Positions 36,327 through 48,763 are shown, counted from the whole stretch's first letter. The stretch is DNA of 63,079 nt, filler included, from Corallochytrium limacisporum Hawaii (GCA_002811645.1; 3 parts of 3 records of this genome joined end to end with filler, not necessarily neighbours in it), one strand, 5' to 3'. A program made the numbers and translations. The notes: generated by a model not told the origin, from the sequence alone.

Positions 36327-39293
36327 CGCACGAAGGAAAGCAAGTCTGGGTGTCAATTAAGTGTTGCAGTGGTACTGGTGGCATCAGAGCGTAGCCATCG
36401 ACATACATAGCAAAGACACAGGCATGGTACAGTGGCAGTGGTACCAGCAATGGCAAGTGAAAGGAGTATTGCGAATGAAGAGAATTTCTTCGCTGTGAGG
36501 TTTGCTCGTACAGTGGAAAGCTCTTGCTGTCCTGTAGGACTAGGAAGTGAAGGACGGTTGCCAAACGACTACCTGCAAAGGCCATGCTATGGCTAACGAG
36601 TGAAGGACAGTACGAAAGGGTGTGGATGTTCAATTATCAAGAATTGGATGGGAGAAGAGTATGAAAATGAGATCAACAAGAAAGGTCACTGAACAGGGCA
36701 TCGATGGCAAGTGAAATTTGACAAATAGAGCCGAAGACCAAGAACGGCCAGGAGACTAGCGGGATCCATTAGGGAATAGGCAGTAATCGGCTCATTTTGA
36801 CTCAAGTATCCCTTTTGGTGATGGGAGTGTCAATGTATCATAGGATCAGCAAATTTGTACTGCATGTGTGCTTAACCTTGGCAAGGCAGAAGAAGTGAAG
36901 AAAGTGACTTGGATTGAATACTGCACAGTAGTTTGCTCGTACTCACAGGCCAGGGGACATCTAAACGGAAATGGCCCCGGTGGTAGCAGCATCACCGCGG
37001 TCGTCTGCATTTTTCTGCTCTCTCATGGGCACTTGCCGTGCATTTCAGGAGGTGGCATGTACGGGCGGCAAAGTAACACTCTGCTTATTGAAAGGTGCAC
37101 GGAGGATGTGGAGAGAGCGTTACCCCAGTCCTCATCGGATTTGGTATCTCACATCTCGGGCGCGTACTTGCAGAGGGGCCTGCGTATCAATAAATTGCAC
37201 TGGTGCCGTATCTTCATGTCCACGTCAAAAGGTCTTCGGTTCGGAGAATTTGAAGATGTAAACCGGTTTCCCCCTTGCAGACGGGCAACTAGTAGACACG
37301 TCCTCACTGCAGAATAAGCTGCTCTACTGATATAGGCAACAAGCGTTCTGCATTCCAAGATAGTCCGGTGTAATTAGTGATAGGAGGGGTTAGAAGTATC
37401 GTGGGCATGCTCTTGCAATGCTCAAGTTTGCGGGATCCATTGGGGGTCCGTGTTGCGGTCGGGTATGGAGAACCACCCACCCACAGCTTCTTTACGCTCC
37501 TAGAAGCATACGCAACATCCGAAAATTGGTAGCTAGCAAAACCTGTATAGCCCTCTGCTCCTTATTTGGATGTTAACGTGTTATATCAACAGTGCGGGTG
37601 CAGCTGCTCGGCCACTAGCAGCTGCTCGAGGGCCCCTCGCCACCACCATCAGCCCCTGCATGCGGAATGCTTTGGAAACCATCCACAGGACTGGCAGCGG
37701 CTGCAAACGCTCTCTCTGATGGCCACCCTCCTTTCCGCACAGAAAAACAACTCTATGGGCAGGGCGGCTGTGAATGGTATCCCCTGCTGGTCCCCCTGCT
37801 TTTACGATGTCCGCGCTCGGACGAAGTGGGCGGAAGAAGGCACCGTGACTCGGAACCCACGGAGTTGACATGCAGCAAGGAGCAGAAGGGAACAACGACA
37901 AAGTGGGTCCGTCCGTATTTGTTGTGTGCGGTTTATAGCAAGCACCGCAAGCGGTGCGAACCTTACGCCGGGCTCATCTCTCTTTCAATTTTTCCATTTC
38001 ATTCACGCCCGCGGTCCTTTCTGTGTTCTGTTAGTAGTCGTCTTCCCCTCGAAGGTCCTTGCCTTAGCATACATAGGTCGTGTCAGCCTAGGCCGGCGGC
38101 ATCAGAAGTTGGAAGAGATCTTTTCCAAGTCTTCTTCTTTGTCGTCGTGCTGACGTTTCCATCGAGAACAAATTTGATATACCATCTTTTTGGCGATACA
38201 GTTGTCCCTGACTGCGCACGCTATCAAACCTTCATGATAGTAGCTATATGTCTATCGGCTTCTGTGACGTATTTCGGGTACAACGAACTGAGGAAGAATG
38301 GGGTGTCTCAGCGCTATTGCAGATCTCTTTGTCGTTTGATCGTTTCCCAGTGGTGTCTTGGGCTTGGTGGGTGGTACGGTTGCGCTGGAGGACTTACTTC
38401 TGCATTGGTATACGGTTGCGTGCTGTCTGTGAAGTTACCCAGCATTGCCGAAAGGACAAAAACGAAACGGGAAAAAGAGATCGAAACAAAACTAAGCACA
38501 ACACACAGATTGTTTTCGTGAGCATCATCATATAGTAACAGATATTCCTGTGACACAGCCATATCCTTTCTTCACCGAAGACAATGATATAGTCGCGTTT
38601 TCTGTTCGACTGTCCTGAGATCTCCGTTAGGTCTTGAGCTTGTGCATATGAATGACTATCGCAAGAATAGGCAAGAAGTTTAGGAATCCCATCTCTCTGT
38701 GAACACATAGGAGGTGTCCCGCTTGGGACAGACGCATCACATCGAACCCAAAACACGACATTAAACTTAACTTAGTTTGGATGCATTCTTCATTGAAGGT
38801 CCTCACACTACTACTAAAGTAGGCTCCAGGCCACCGCAGGAAGCACCGTAGTCGACATCTATATGCTGTAGATCAGCGATTGCTGTTCGTAGACATAGAC
38901 ATATCCATCACTTGCCCACTGTCATGCAAAACATGAGAGGTATAGAAGCCAGATGTCCTGCCGCGGGTGTTTCCTGTGTTTTGCACGGTGGCAGACGTTA
39001 TACGCCACCAGTACTCTCTACTTTGCGCAGCATTGTCAGCGCATTCTCTTCACAAATTGAATGATGCTAGTATGATGTAGTATCTACAGAGGCCAAAGAT
39101 GTTCATTTGCACCGGACACATCCATGCCATAGCTCTGGCACCATGTTACTCTACGGTTGATGTAGTTGTCGGCGCAGGCCTCGAAAAGAAACGCGTGAGT
39201 TCAGTATGTTAGCCATGTGTCCCATAATATTGGCCTGCTGTATGCAATTCATTCAAATGGCTTCGAGGATGTGGATGCCTAACGTATGCTACC

Positions 39294-39410
39294 ACGATAC
39301 AGAGCCGCTACGCGCCCCCCCCCCCCCCCNNNNNNNNNNNNNNNNNNNNNNNNNNNNNNNNNNNNNNNNNNNNNNCACGATACAGAGCCGCTACGCGCCC
39401 CCCCCCCCCA
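39294..39410. other. Scaffold gap (N 39330-39375) flanked on both sides by the same CACGATACAGAGCCGCTACGCG-polyC sequence
   Basis: Identical sequence on both sides of the gap, typical of an unresolved overlap at a homopolymer. Confidence 0.85.
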
Positions 39411-39529
39411 CCGCGACTCTACTGTCTCTGTACTGTCTGTCTGGTTTCAAACCAACTCTCTATTGTGTCCAATCTCACCTTCCGCGGAACTTGAGTTTAG
39501 GCTCGCGCCTGAGACCACTGGTACCGCTG

Positions 39530-39915
39530 ATCCTTCACGATGGGTGGGTTATTGTGTCGAAGAAATTTTGTAGGCGTAGTCTTTCCAAGGTGCCCCTTGG
39601 CAATTTCTCTCCGTGCCTACTCCACAGCGCAGGGTGTGCGCCTCGAAGTAGAGAGGGGAGAAGGGGGGGGGGGGCACGTCCTGGCCAGCGCGCTTCTCTT
39701 GGGCATATCTCCCTGGTGCAACTCTTCAATGACCTTGGGTGCAATACCGTGTGGCCTTCCCTGTGAGAGAGCCCTTTTGGATGCCTGTCTCATGAGCCTA
39801 TCTATCTCTGTATCATTCAGTAATGGCTCACGAGGCTTTTGGACTGCGCTCCTGAGAAGTGCATGGTCTGATGGCCAAGGGCGTATTGCGAACAAGGCAT
39901 GTAATACCCTCTAGA
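39530..39915 (-). mobile_element. Possible L1/Tx1-like ORF2 relic (end of APE domain and linker)
   Basis: IRPWPSDHALL (APE SDH motif), EPLLND, then WSRHGEKL...FF..I (cf. W..EGEK.T.FF) in a shifted frame. Confidence 0.35.
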
Positions 39916-40541
39916 CCGACCTCTGCTGCGCACTTCAGAGCTTTGGAATGCAATATCAATCAATAATATATTGACAAAGGCTCGTGAATTTAATCAATAC
40001 AAATCAATATTTAAGTGATTTAGAATTGCTGATTTTGGCGCCGAAAAGGATTGGGGTCACCTTGAGCGAAATCTGCAGTACATTCACTACGAAAAGCGGG
40101 GGCACACAGCCGGGGGGCATTCGGGGCCAAGGGGAGGGACCGAGGGGGTTTTGGGCGGGATCGGTTTGAATGAGGTGAGAGCCAAGAATTCTGGACTGCA
40201 AGCGTCTCGCAGAGGATACCCTTTGCAGAGAAACCGTTTTGGACTCGGGCATATTCCTTTTGAATTGACTCAAATTTGTGCGCTGCATGCATCCATGGAT
40301 TGTCTATTGAATTGACGTAATTCAATTTTAATTAGTTGGGCGACTGAGGTAGATCAAAGGGGTTGTTCGGCGCCCTCAAATTTACAGGGTACATTCAAGT
40401 GCAGCACTTAGTGAGCCAATCGCATTGGGTACAAGACTGTTCCTATTGACTTTTCTCGCGACTACGTAATCCGAGAACACATAGATAGAAGGACAAGGGG
40501 CTTTAGTCGCCAACACCTTACAAACAAACCAAAGACCAAAG

Positions 40542-40994
40542 ATGGTGGCACGGACGCCAACCCGTTCCACTCCGTCCAAGTCGGTAGCAAAGACGCCACC
40601 GTCCTTGGCCGGACGGCTCCAGGGTACCCCGGTGGGTCGTAGACGCCCTGATCCCATCACAGGAACGCCAGCAATGAAGCGGAGGAAGCGACCGGGTACG
40701 CTTGCTCTTCAAGAAATTCGTCGGTACCAGAAAAACACAGACTTGCTGATCCCTAAGCGGCCCTTTGAGAGGGTTGTGCGAGAGGTGATGCAGAGTATAG
40801 TGGCACCGGCTGCCGGAATCAACAGATGGAGTTATGCGGCTGTGTTAGCCCTTCAGACCGCAACAGAAGAGTACTTGGTGCATCTGCTCGAGGACGCTAA
40901 CCTATGTGCAATCCATGCCAAGCGTGTGACCATCATGGTCCGGGATATCCAGCTGGCTCGTCGCATTAAGGGTATTGAGGAGGGCCTGGGTTAA
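40542..40994 (+). CDS. CENPA: Centromeric histone H3 variant (CenH3/CENP-A), 150 aa
   Basis: H3 fold ([43 protein letters not shown]) with CenH3 hallmarks: divergent N-tail, E in place of the canonical Q in PF(Q)R, extended loop 1 ([11 protein letters not shown]), W in place of F (RW). Confidence 0.88.
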   Translation: MVARTPTRSTPSKSVAKTPPSLAGRLQGTPVGRRRPDPITGTPAMKRRKRPGTLALQEIRRYQKNTDLLIPKRPFERVVREVMQSIVAPAAGINRWSYAAVLALQTATEEYLVHLLEDANLCAIHAKRVTIMVRDIQLARRIKGIEEGLG

Positions 40995-41181
40995 AAAGCA
41001 GAAGTGTTAAGACACAACTGAACTATTGTTGTCAATTGTTATAACCATCCGAGCTATTGCATCTACACAATGAACGATCAGAGACCGGTCACATACACCA
41101 TAACCAATACATAAAGCCGTGGGTTCTTAAATTAATACACTTGATTTGTACACAACAAAGTAAGGAACTTGATACGTTTCC

Positions 41182-43707
41182 TTAGGTTCGTGGTCCTCCA
41201 TGTTCCTTCAGCAGTAGAGAGTACATGGCCGCGGTCTGGGTCTGCTCCAGGGCTACAAGACGGTCCAGAGAAGCCAGGACACTCGACATTAGGTACACCA
41301 TCCAAATCATCAAGAAAAGGATGGTGCCCAGCATGCCGAAGAGGGCTAGCATTTGTTCAGTGGACAGTCCAGCGCCAACACCGGCCGCCAAAGCTGGCAC
41401 AGCAGCAGGTGTGATTGCAGCGACCGGCTCCAGCGCCGCTCCGACCCTGGCCTTCCTCGGCTTCCGTCCTGCTCCGAATGGATTCTGTTCCAGATAATTA
41501 TCCAACAGCTTGTCGAAGGCTTGAAAAGAATCGCTCAAACCGGTTCCAGCCTGATTGGAGATGAATCCCTTCATGATCGTGGACTTCACGAACACTGCCG
41601 CACCACTGATGCGAAGTTTGCACTTTCCCTTGCCCTGCTGGGCAATCACATACTGCAGCTGTACGAAGAATGTACTGCCGTAAGGCACGTCGGGGGTGTC
41701 GACCTTGGCAGTGATAACATAGAAGCCCGGCTTGTTAACTTCGTAGATTTGAGTCTCAACACCACTGGTGGCCTTCACGATTCGAGTGGCGGGCATGGCG
41801 AAAGGAATCTTGCGTTGCAATTTGCCATCCACCTCTTTCCATGGGGAGATCACTTCCAGTGTGTGCCCTTTCACTTTCTGTAGGTCCTCAAAGAATGGAT
41901 GACGGTCGTCAAACATGACCTCTGTCAGATACGACGCCGGAACATTGACCTCCCGGGTGATGACCACGTTCTTCATTGCCTCCGGGAAGTCTGATTCCGG
42001 GAAGGTCCTGTCTGGATCCGGCAAGGTACCACGATCCTCGTCATCGTCGCCACTGCCATTCTCGTCGTCTCCGTCGTTATCTTCATCCTCTTCATCACTG
42101 CTCTGCTCGTCGCCCCCTGTAGGAATGTGCTTGGATTGGCTCCTTTTCTCGTTAATGTCCAATTCATCTTCTCGCACCAACCCAATGTTGACGCAGAGCG
42201 TAGGGTCCGATGTGAAGAACACACCAGGTGGAATACGCTTGATACGATTCGTGGTCCGCTTCAGCACAATCCAAACTGTGTTTGCATCCCCTGATACAGC
42301 CCCACCACCCACACGACGCTGCAGGTTCGAAATCTTTGAGTCCAAATTGCTGCGCATGCTCTGGGTATCTTCCCGGTTGCCATCGTTGGAAGCGGCCAAA
42401 GCTGCCATGGAGCCAAAGACTTGAGGTGCACTTTCTGGCTTGCCAACCTGTAAATGACCTTCGGTCCGAGACAGGTCATCCTTGGCGGTCTCCATCGGGG
42501 TGATCGGGGCCGGAACAGGGAGACTGAACATTTCATTGCCACCCTGCATTGGGCCAGGCGTAGAGGTCGGTGTATCCAGAAGTGGTGCACCATCTACTCC
42601 AACCCCATTGGGGGGGCCTCCGTTGGGTGCCCCCAAAGGGCTTCCATTGGGGATGGGCTCATCAATTGTTGTTTCAGGTGTGCCCTGCGACTGTGTGTTG
42701 TTCTGATGTTCCTGCTGGGCCTTGAACTGACGCCAGACGCTTTTGATCGGCAGTGACCCGGCCAAAATGTACATGTCGATCACTCCCACGGCTCCCGTGA
42801 TGCCAATCTTGAAGCTAATGTTGCTCTGTAAGTTGCACTCATCCAGAGACATGTAGAACGTATCATCCCAGATCGGGTTCATCACATCCTGTTTATCCCG
42901 ATTGCCCCTTGACTTTGTGCGCACTTTATCTCCGGGGACCTTGGTCGTGACAAAGAACCGCAGTGCTGAGCTCTTCGACAACTGCAGCAGTCTCCGTCCC
43001 TCAACGATGCGTATGCGTAGTTTGTAACCCTTGAACACATTAAATTTAGTAGTGGGACTGATAGGAGTGGAGAGACGAGTATTGTGCTTGGGCAAAACCT
43101 GCTTCAATTGCGGGGTCAAGTCCTCGTAGCGCATGATGTTTGTCTCCAGCAGCAGGACACCTGTAACCGGGTGACTATTAGGTTTCTTCTTCTCCAGTAC
43201 GTACCACTTGCGATCGCTGACCAACTTGCCGTTACCTTCCCGTATTATACGCAACAGGCGCACCCGCAAGTCTGCCTTACCCAAGAAGTCGTTCTTTTTG
43301 ACAGGGTCAAAGTCGAATATGTTGATGTGAAGAACATCCTGACGCCAGTTGGAGATGAAGAAAATGAACTCGTCCCTCCAGGTAGGTTGACTTGCCCGTT
43401 CGCACACATGTGTTCTGTATAGTTGCCCGTTCATTTCCATAGTGATGTAAGGGCTGCGCATGCCATTGTCCTTCTGGAGCAGCCCCTTTGCGGAGTGGGC
43501 GCGAACAACCAGCCACACGTACTCTTCCGGTTGTCCAGTCATTTCTAGGGTGGTAGACGTGGCCACAGCGTGGTCTGTGAGTGGCGGACGCACCACCAAC
43601 TCAACAGTGGGTGAGCCATTGGCGGTCAGAGAGGTGTTGACCTCATTAGCAGCCGCTGATTCCACGGTTTGTGTAGCTGTAGGTGTATTTTCTGTTGCAT
43701 CTACCAT
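41182..43707 (-). CDS. C2-C2-VASt(StART-like)-TM lipid transfer protein (Aster/LAM-related, no obvious GRAM domain), 841 aa
   Basis: C2A (A.GL....SPY, P.W..EF.F, FDFD...NDFLG), C2B (I.EGR.L, NP.W.DTF), acidic linker, VASt (W......RKI.F.MP, TPDVPYGSTF.V...Y.I, C.L.IS...F.KST.MKG.I), hydrophobic C-terminal helix. Confidence 0.8.
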   Translation of the reverse strand: MVDATENTPTATQTVESAAANEVNTSLTANGSPTVELVVRPPLTDHAVATSTTLEMTGQPEEYVWLVVRAHSAKGLLQKDNGMRSPYITMEMNGQLYRTHVCERASQPTWRDEFIFFISNWRQDVLHINIFDFDPVKKNDFLGKADLRVRLLRIIREGNGKLVSDRKWYVLEKKKPNSHPVTGVLLLETNIMRYEDLTPQLKQVLPKHNTRLSTPISPTTKFNVFKGYKLRIRIVEGRRLLQLSKSSALRFFVTTKVPGDKVRTKSRGNRDKQDVMNPIWDDTFYMSLDECNLQSNISFKIGITGAVGVIDMYILAGSLPIKSVWRQFKAQQEHQNNTQSQGTPETTIDEPIPNGSPLGAPNGGPPNGVGVDGAPLLDTPTSTPGPMQGGNEMFSLPVPAPITPMETAKDDLSRTEGHLQVGKPESAPQVFGSMAALAASNDGNREDTQSMRSNLDSKISNLQRRVGGGAVSGDANTVWIVLKRTTNRIKRIPPGVFFTSDPTLCVNIGLVREDELDINEKRSQSKHIPTGGDEQSSDEEDEDNDGDDENGSGDDDEDRGTLPDPDRTFPESDFPEAMKNVVITREVNVPASYLTEVMFDDRHPFFEDLQKVKGHTLEVISPWKEVDGKLQRKIPFAMPATRIVKATSGVETQIYEVNKPGFYVITAKVDTPDVPYGSTFFVQLQYVIAQQGKGKCKLRISGAAVFVKSTIMKGFISNQAGTGLSDSFQAFDKLLDNYLEQNPFGAGRKPRKARVGAALEPVAAITPAAVPALAAGVGAGLSTEQMLALFGMLGTILFLMIWMVYLMSSVLASLDRLVALEQTQTAAMYSLLLKEHGGPRT

Positions 43708-46310
43708 GGTCCTTGTTGTCTGCGTTCTTTACCGTCTCAAACTGTACTTAAGTGCCAGAGATTGACCTAGTCTCGCTACTATCCGAACATCGTTCTGTTG
43801 GTTGTACTGTTGTCTTCGTATTGGCCTTCGATTCAGGCTCACACTCTACGTCGAGCTCGGAAGGGGCCGGTCTGGGATGGGTGCTCCTTACTATCTCGTT
43901 TTCCCGAAACACCTTGTGGTGATCTCACGCTAGCGTAGAAAGCCTACAGTAGATCCTAGAACCTTCAAGCAAATTTACACACATGCTCAAAAACAATTGT
44001 GGATAGTTGCAGGAGCACAATGATTTATGGGCCCTTCAGAAACACTTGGAGACTCACAACACCACCTCCCAACTCCACTCCCACCCCCTCCCCCCCCGCC
44101 AACAGGCACCGCAACACAGAAAGAGCTTAGCCCGCTACGTCCTGCAATTTTTGGGTGTGCTGCTCCCCTCCATTGGTTCCCCACCGAGGATTTCCAGTTC
44201 ATTTGTTTTTTTTTGGGTCCTTCTTTGGGTGGCCCGACGAACAGAGAGCTTCACAAACGCTGCGCCTCCCGCCCCCTCCGGGCGGGTGAAAGGTACACCT
44301 GCCCGCCCGTTGCCTCTCCTTCACTGATTAGATATAGTGCAAGGCATTAACAACTGCGACACTGGGCCATACTCACACAACCAGCGAGAGCCCCCTCCCC
44401 CTTTTTCCCCCCAAGAATAAAAAAAAAGAGAGAGATAAAGTTGACCAAAATAGAGTAATGTAAAAGACACAAAGAAGAACGTATACACCAACGACTTTAC
44501 TCTGTTGCTCCCAGCAGCTGCGGCCATACAACACCGCCTTCCTTCGACCGCGATAAGCAGCGCTAATCCTCACCTTAGGAATCAGGCCACTGCTAAGCCC
44601 TGCCCGCGCATATATTTTTTAACCCGTCCCAACGGGAATAGCGGGACCACCGGGGCTCAGCAATCGGGGACGGTGCGTAGACTGTCCGTCGTGGTGTACA
44701 GCGGGTATAATAAAGTGTGTGTGTGTGTGTGTGTCTCTCTCTCTCTCTTTCTCATTCTGTTCTATTCTCTTCTTCGTCGTCTGTTTGTTGGGGGGTTCAG
44801 TAAGGGTCTTTGATGCCGCTTCAAGATAACTCGCTGTGAACGGACGATAAGAAAGAAACCAAGGATGCTATTTTTACGTGGTGCGGATGACGGACTACGC
44901 GGTGGTTAACTAAACTGTTACCCAGAGGTGCGTGTGTGTGCGTGTGTGTTTGTGCTTCACTACCGTACTATGCAGCAACCGGGAATGAAGAAGAAATGGC
45001 AGAATATAACTGCCATTGGGAAAATTACAGAAAAAAGCTAATACATTCGCCAAGTAGAATCCATCCGAACGAAAAAGAAAGTAAATATTGTGGCGAAACG
45101 AAGCATAAGGAAGCAATGACAAGAAATCAGGGAGTATTTTGAATACCCGGGAAGAAGTCGGGCAGGAGAAAAATACAGCGTAGTTATCTGGGATCATTGC
45201 TTATCGCCACAACAATGGTGCGGCGCCTGGCACAACGGCCGATCCGGGAGGAGCCGATCACCTGACGACCTATGGGCTGGTCGGTGCAGGTAGGCGTCAG
45301 TGAAGTGCATGTGTGTGTGTGTGTGTGTACTATGAACATGTTGGAACATCACAAACAAACACAAAGAGTGTGTTGAACATGGTGGTGGTTTTGCAAGTTT
45401 GTGTCGTCGCACAAACTTGTCATCGTCCTGCAAAGCGGTGTGTGTATGTGTGCGTGTGGGCACCGGGCAGAAGCCCCTGCTGCCGCGGGTGAAGGAGGCT
45501 CGCCAATGACCCCACCAAAAAAGACCGGGTGACATGAGGGACTGGCCGTGTCAAACGATGCGAATAGTTTTACTCGGTTACACACAAATCGTACACAACC
45601 CAAAATTTCAAAACCTCCACGCACACACACGCCTTGCCCAGTAAAGAAGATTTTTCACCACCCAGCGCGAAACGTGGGTGTGTGCAAACACGAAAATCTC
45701 CTAATTCACCTTCGATGACGTCCGCTCGCGTCTCTTCACTCTACCGAAAGGAATGGAAAAGTGCACAGCGGGCCACGTCCCACCCGCACATCCGCCGCGG
45801 TGTGGCGGGCCTCCTCAATCGGGGGTTCTGTCCTGAGATGCGTGACGTCCACGACAGGATCATTGGGCGTTCCATTTGTTAGCTACGCGCGCCGACCTGA
45901 AAATAAAAAAGAAGAGGGAGGTGAAAACAGTTCCATGATTTAGTATTGAATATATGGAAGAAGTAGGCCCGGATTTGGGATCCTTGGGCGAATAATGAAA
46001 TGGTTCTGTCTCTGGTTTTTCACAGCTAGCGAGGAATTGGATCCCTCGTCATTTTTTTCTTCTTAGTTTTCCTTCCGGGTTGGCACCGGCCCGGGAACCG
46101 CTTCGCTTTTGTTCCAGCATTGGACCTCCAACCCACACCCCCCCCCCCACCCCCCTTCCCTTCCCCAGCGTAAAAACCCCAACGAAAGACACCAGTGCCC
46201 CTCTCTGCTCTGGGGTGCCGCTGCCATTTCCTTGGAGACCCCACCCTCTCCGTCCCCCTTTTCCTCCCAAGCCGGTGTCGACTCTTTGCCGAGGGGGTAG
46301 AGTCGCTTGC

Positions 46311-46410
46311 NNNNNNNNNNNNNNNNNNNNNNNNNNNNNNNNNNNNNNNNNNNNTTAATTAATTAANNNNNNNNNNNNNNNNNNNNNNNNNNNNNNNNNN
46401 NNNNNNNNNN
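46311..46410. other. Artificial contig linker N44-TTAATTAATTAA-N44
   Basis: Same spacer as 18555-18654. Confidence 0.97.
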
Positions 46411-47108
46411 TAGATTTGTTTTCCTCATGGAAAGCATTTCTCTCTCCTCTCTCTCTATATACACTCTACTTTTCTCCTTCCCTTGTAACATTACAAACAT
46501 TTCCTCTCTTCTATTATATCCTGGCTTTGCAACCAAAGTCTCTACTATACTAATGCATCTCTTGCATTTTTCTTGTGCTGTGCTCTGCTATTCTACATCC
46601 GGACCTCTCAAAGTTCGGCGACTCCAATCGTACTCCCCCCCCCCCCCCCGCCTCGCTTGTGCTCTCATCCCCTCTTCCTGCCCCTACCAAGACACCCAGT
46701 ACTTGTGGTGTCTTGTCTTAGCTAGTCCGCCTGTCTACATCCGGACTAGAAAATCAAGTTCATGTCCGCCATATCCTCCTCCCTCGTAAAGCACACCCTG
46801 ACTGGCCCTCACACCGCATAAAGCCCCGCAAACCTGGGGGTCTCATTCTTGTTCCCTCCTCCGTAAACTGCAGTCGTAAACTACAGTTGCGCTCTGGTCT
46901 CTATTTAAATACATACGGACTATTAAATCAGAATTCAAGTCTAGTCCTTCCTCATTCCTCCATGTAACCATCCGTATTCATTACGCACCGCAGGTTCGCC
47001 TCACCCACCCCACCTCTCTCAACCTTTCTCTAATCGCAACCCTCATAGTCGTGCCCCTCTCAAAGTGTGCCTTTGATACTAATGTACAAAACATATATAA
47101 TACAAAAA
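46411..47108 (+). repeat. Left copy of about 0.7 kb inverted repeat bounding contig C
   Basis: Starts TAGATTTGTTTTCCTCATGG, the reverse complement of the last bases of the window; near-identical to 62399-63079 apart from a variable block at ~46614-46649 and an indel near 47069. Confidence 0.95.
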
Positions 47109-48107
47109 TATATTATTGTCGGACTCGAAGGAATAGAATTTGTCTGAGTAGACTTTATCTCTGGCGGTTTTCGTGCGATATACCAAGACAACAGTACATA
47201 TTTAGTACACACCACTCGGATGTATACTCGATCTCATCAATATCTCGCTTGCACGCTCCTCTTGCAAGGGTCGGCAAAACAAATAAATCTTCCGAGTCAT
47301 TCAGTATGGGGTTCTGCGGCAGAATCTTTCCTGACACACGTATGCAGGGGGGGAGAGAAACAAGGATGCGGAAACCAACTGTAGAGTCAGCGATGGAAAT
47401 GTATTGCCGCCAACGGCAGAGGCCGTCTGTCATAAGCTCTGATCAGCCAGACGTCCCACTATAATGCCAAGGAGTATAATTCAAGTGCGTGGCTGCAATG
47501 CGGATAAACTGAGGAATCGTCCTCACATGCTTCACAGAGCCGCGGCGCCTGCAGAATTGACTTCATGACATCCTATGCCTGAGACGTTACAATCCATTCC
47601 GATCACCCATTAGATTGGAAAGAGGTTTTCTTCACACCCAAGAAAGCTACGGTTCAAGGGGACAGTGCGTCTTTGTCCATAACCCAGCACTCCATTTCTG
47701 GAAAGCACGGAGCATCGATGAGATGAGAATGTCTATCAATTTTCTTCACAATTTTTCCTTCCCTCTTCGCGAACAGTCCTTTGCCACGAGCCATACATTC
47801 GGTACTGGAAACATGAATATTTCAAAGCGGAACATAAAACGTCACACGGAACGTCTGAACAATCTCATATGGTCCACCACCAAAGTTGGTACCGTCGGGG
47901 GCTTTATTCTGAGAATCGCCCACATACAACAACAAGGGACGGCTCCAATGAAGCGAGTGCCGCCGACATAGCAAGCCAAACGACCAGAAGACGCCCAGCG
48001 CGTTGGGGCACCGAAGGACAGGCAAGCGGGTCAAGAATTGTCGCGCAAAAGCACAGATCTACAGACTGAGCGCGGAACTGTCTCCTGGGAGAATATATTA
48101 CAGCAAT

Positions 48108-48283
48108 GTAAGTCTTGTCTGCAGTGTAATCCGAGTGTGGCACTTCTCTGTGGGAACTGGGTACAAAAAAAAAACAAAATCGGAAGCACCACATCAGCGC
48201 TGTTGGGGTCAACATGAGGAAATACCCATACGAGCATTCCGGGTTGTCTGAAGACTTTTGCACTGTGTGTCTGAATTTTCAAG
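48108..48283 (+). other. Putative 5'-UTR intron of Akirin
   Basis: GTAAGT at 48108; CTGAA..TTTTCAAG acceptor ending 48283, 9 nt before the ATG. Confidence 0.45.
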
Positions 48284-48292
48284 GGTGTCATC

Positions 48293-48763
48293 ATGTCGGT
48301 CACGCTTCACCACGCGAAGCGTTCTTTTGTTGACGATGACGACTTTAGTACAACACAGCATAGATTGGCAAAGCGTTGTCGAGTCAATGTATCGCCTTCG
48401 AAGTCACCAAACACACACACCACAGAACTCAACAGATTTAGGGCAACTGCCAAAAGAAAATATGAGGAGGATTTCGACAGTGTATCCGGAACACAGCGAA
48501 CTTCAGTAGAAAAATATGTGGCTGCCCTACGTCGGAAAAACCGTAGGATGCAAAACGATCACAATGACGAGGAAACTTTCTCTCTAGGAGAAGTTACCGA
48601 AATTGTGAACAAGGCCGTGGCCGAACGAGAGCAAAATCTGCGGGCAGAATACGATGAGCTCTTGCGTAAAAAACTCTTTGAACAGTTTCAAAGCTTTACA
48701 AAATTCAATGAGGACCATATTCACAGACAGCTCAAGAGTTCAGATTTCAGCTACATGAGCTGA
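48293..48763 (+). CDS. AKIRIN: Akirin family nuclear protein, 156 aa
   Basis: N-terminal TL...KR and KRCR NLS; C-terminal FSL.EV..I......E..LR.EYD..L..KL.EQ...F.KF..D.I.R....SYMS. Confidence 0.9.
   Translation: MSVTLHHAKRSFVDDDDFSTTQHRLAKRCRVNVSPSKSPNTHTTELNRFRATAKRKYEEDFDSVSGTQRTSVEKYVAALRRKNRRMQNDHNDEETFSLGEVTEIVNKAVAEREQNLRAEYDELLRKKLFEQFQSFTKFNEDHIHRQLKSSDFSYMS

Noticed and set aside
37667-38521. 284-aa ORF with GHPPF and hydrophobic stretches
   Set aside because: No coherent family motifs and composition unlike the real genes; at most a decayed fragment.
39294-39410. Direct repeat around an N gap
   Set aside because: Assembly overlap at a polyC tract.
46427-46789. 120-aa ORF present in both inverted repeats (also 62701-63063)
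   Set aside because: Low-complexity S/L/P/C product of a pyrimidine-rich strand; no domain evidence. The frame is kept across the variable block, but this may be chance.
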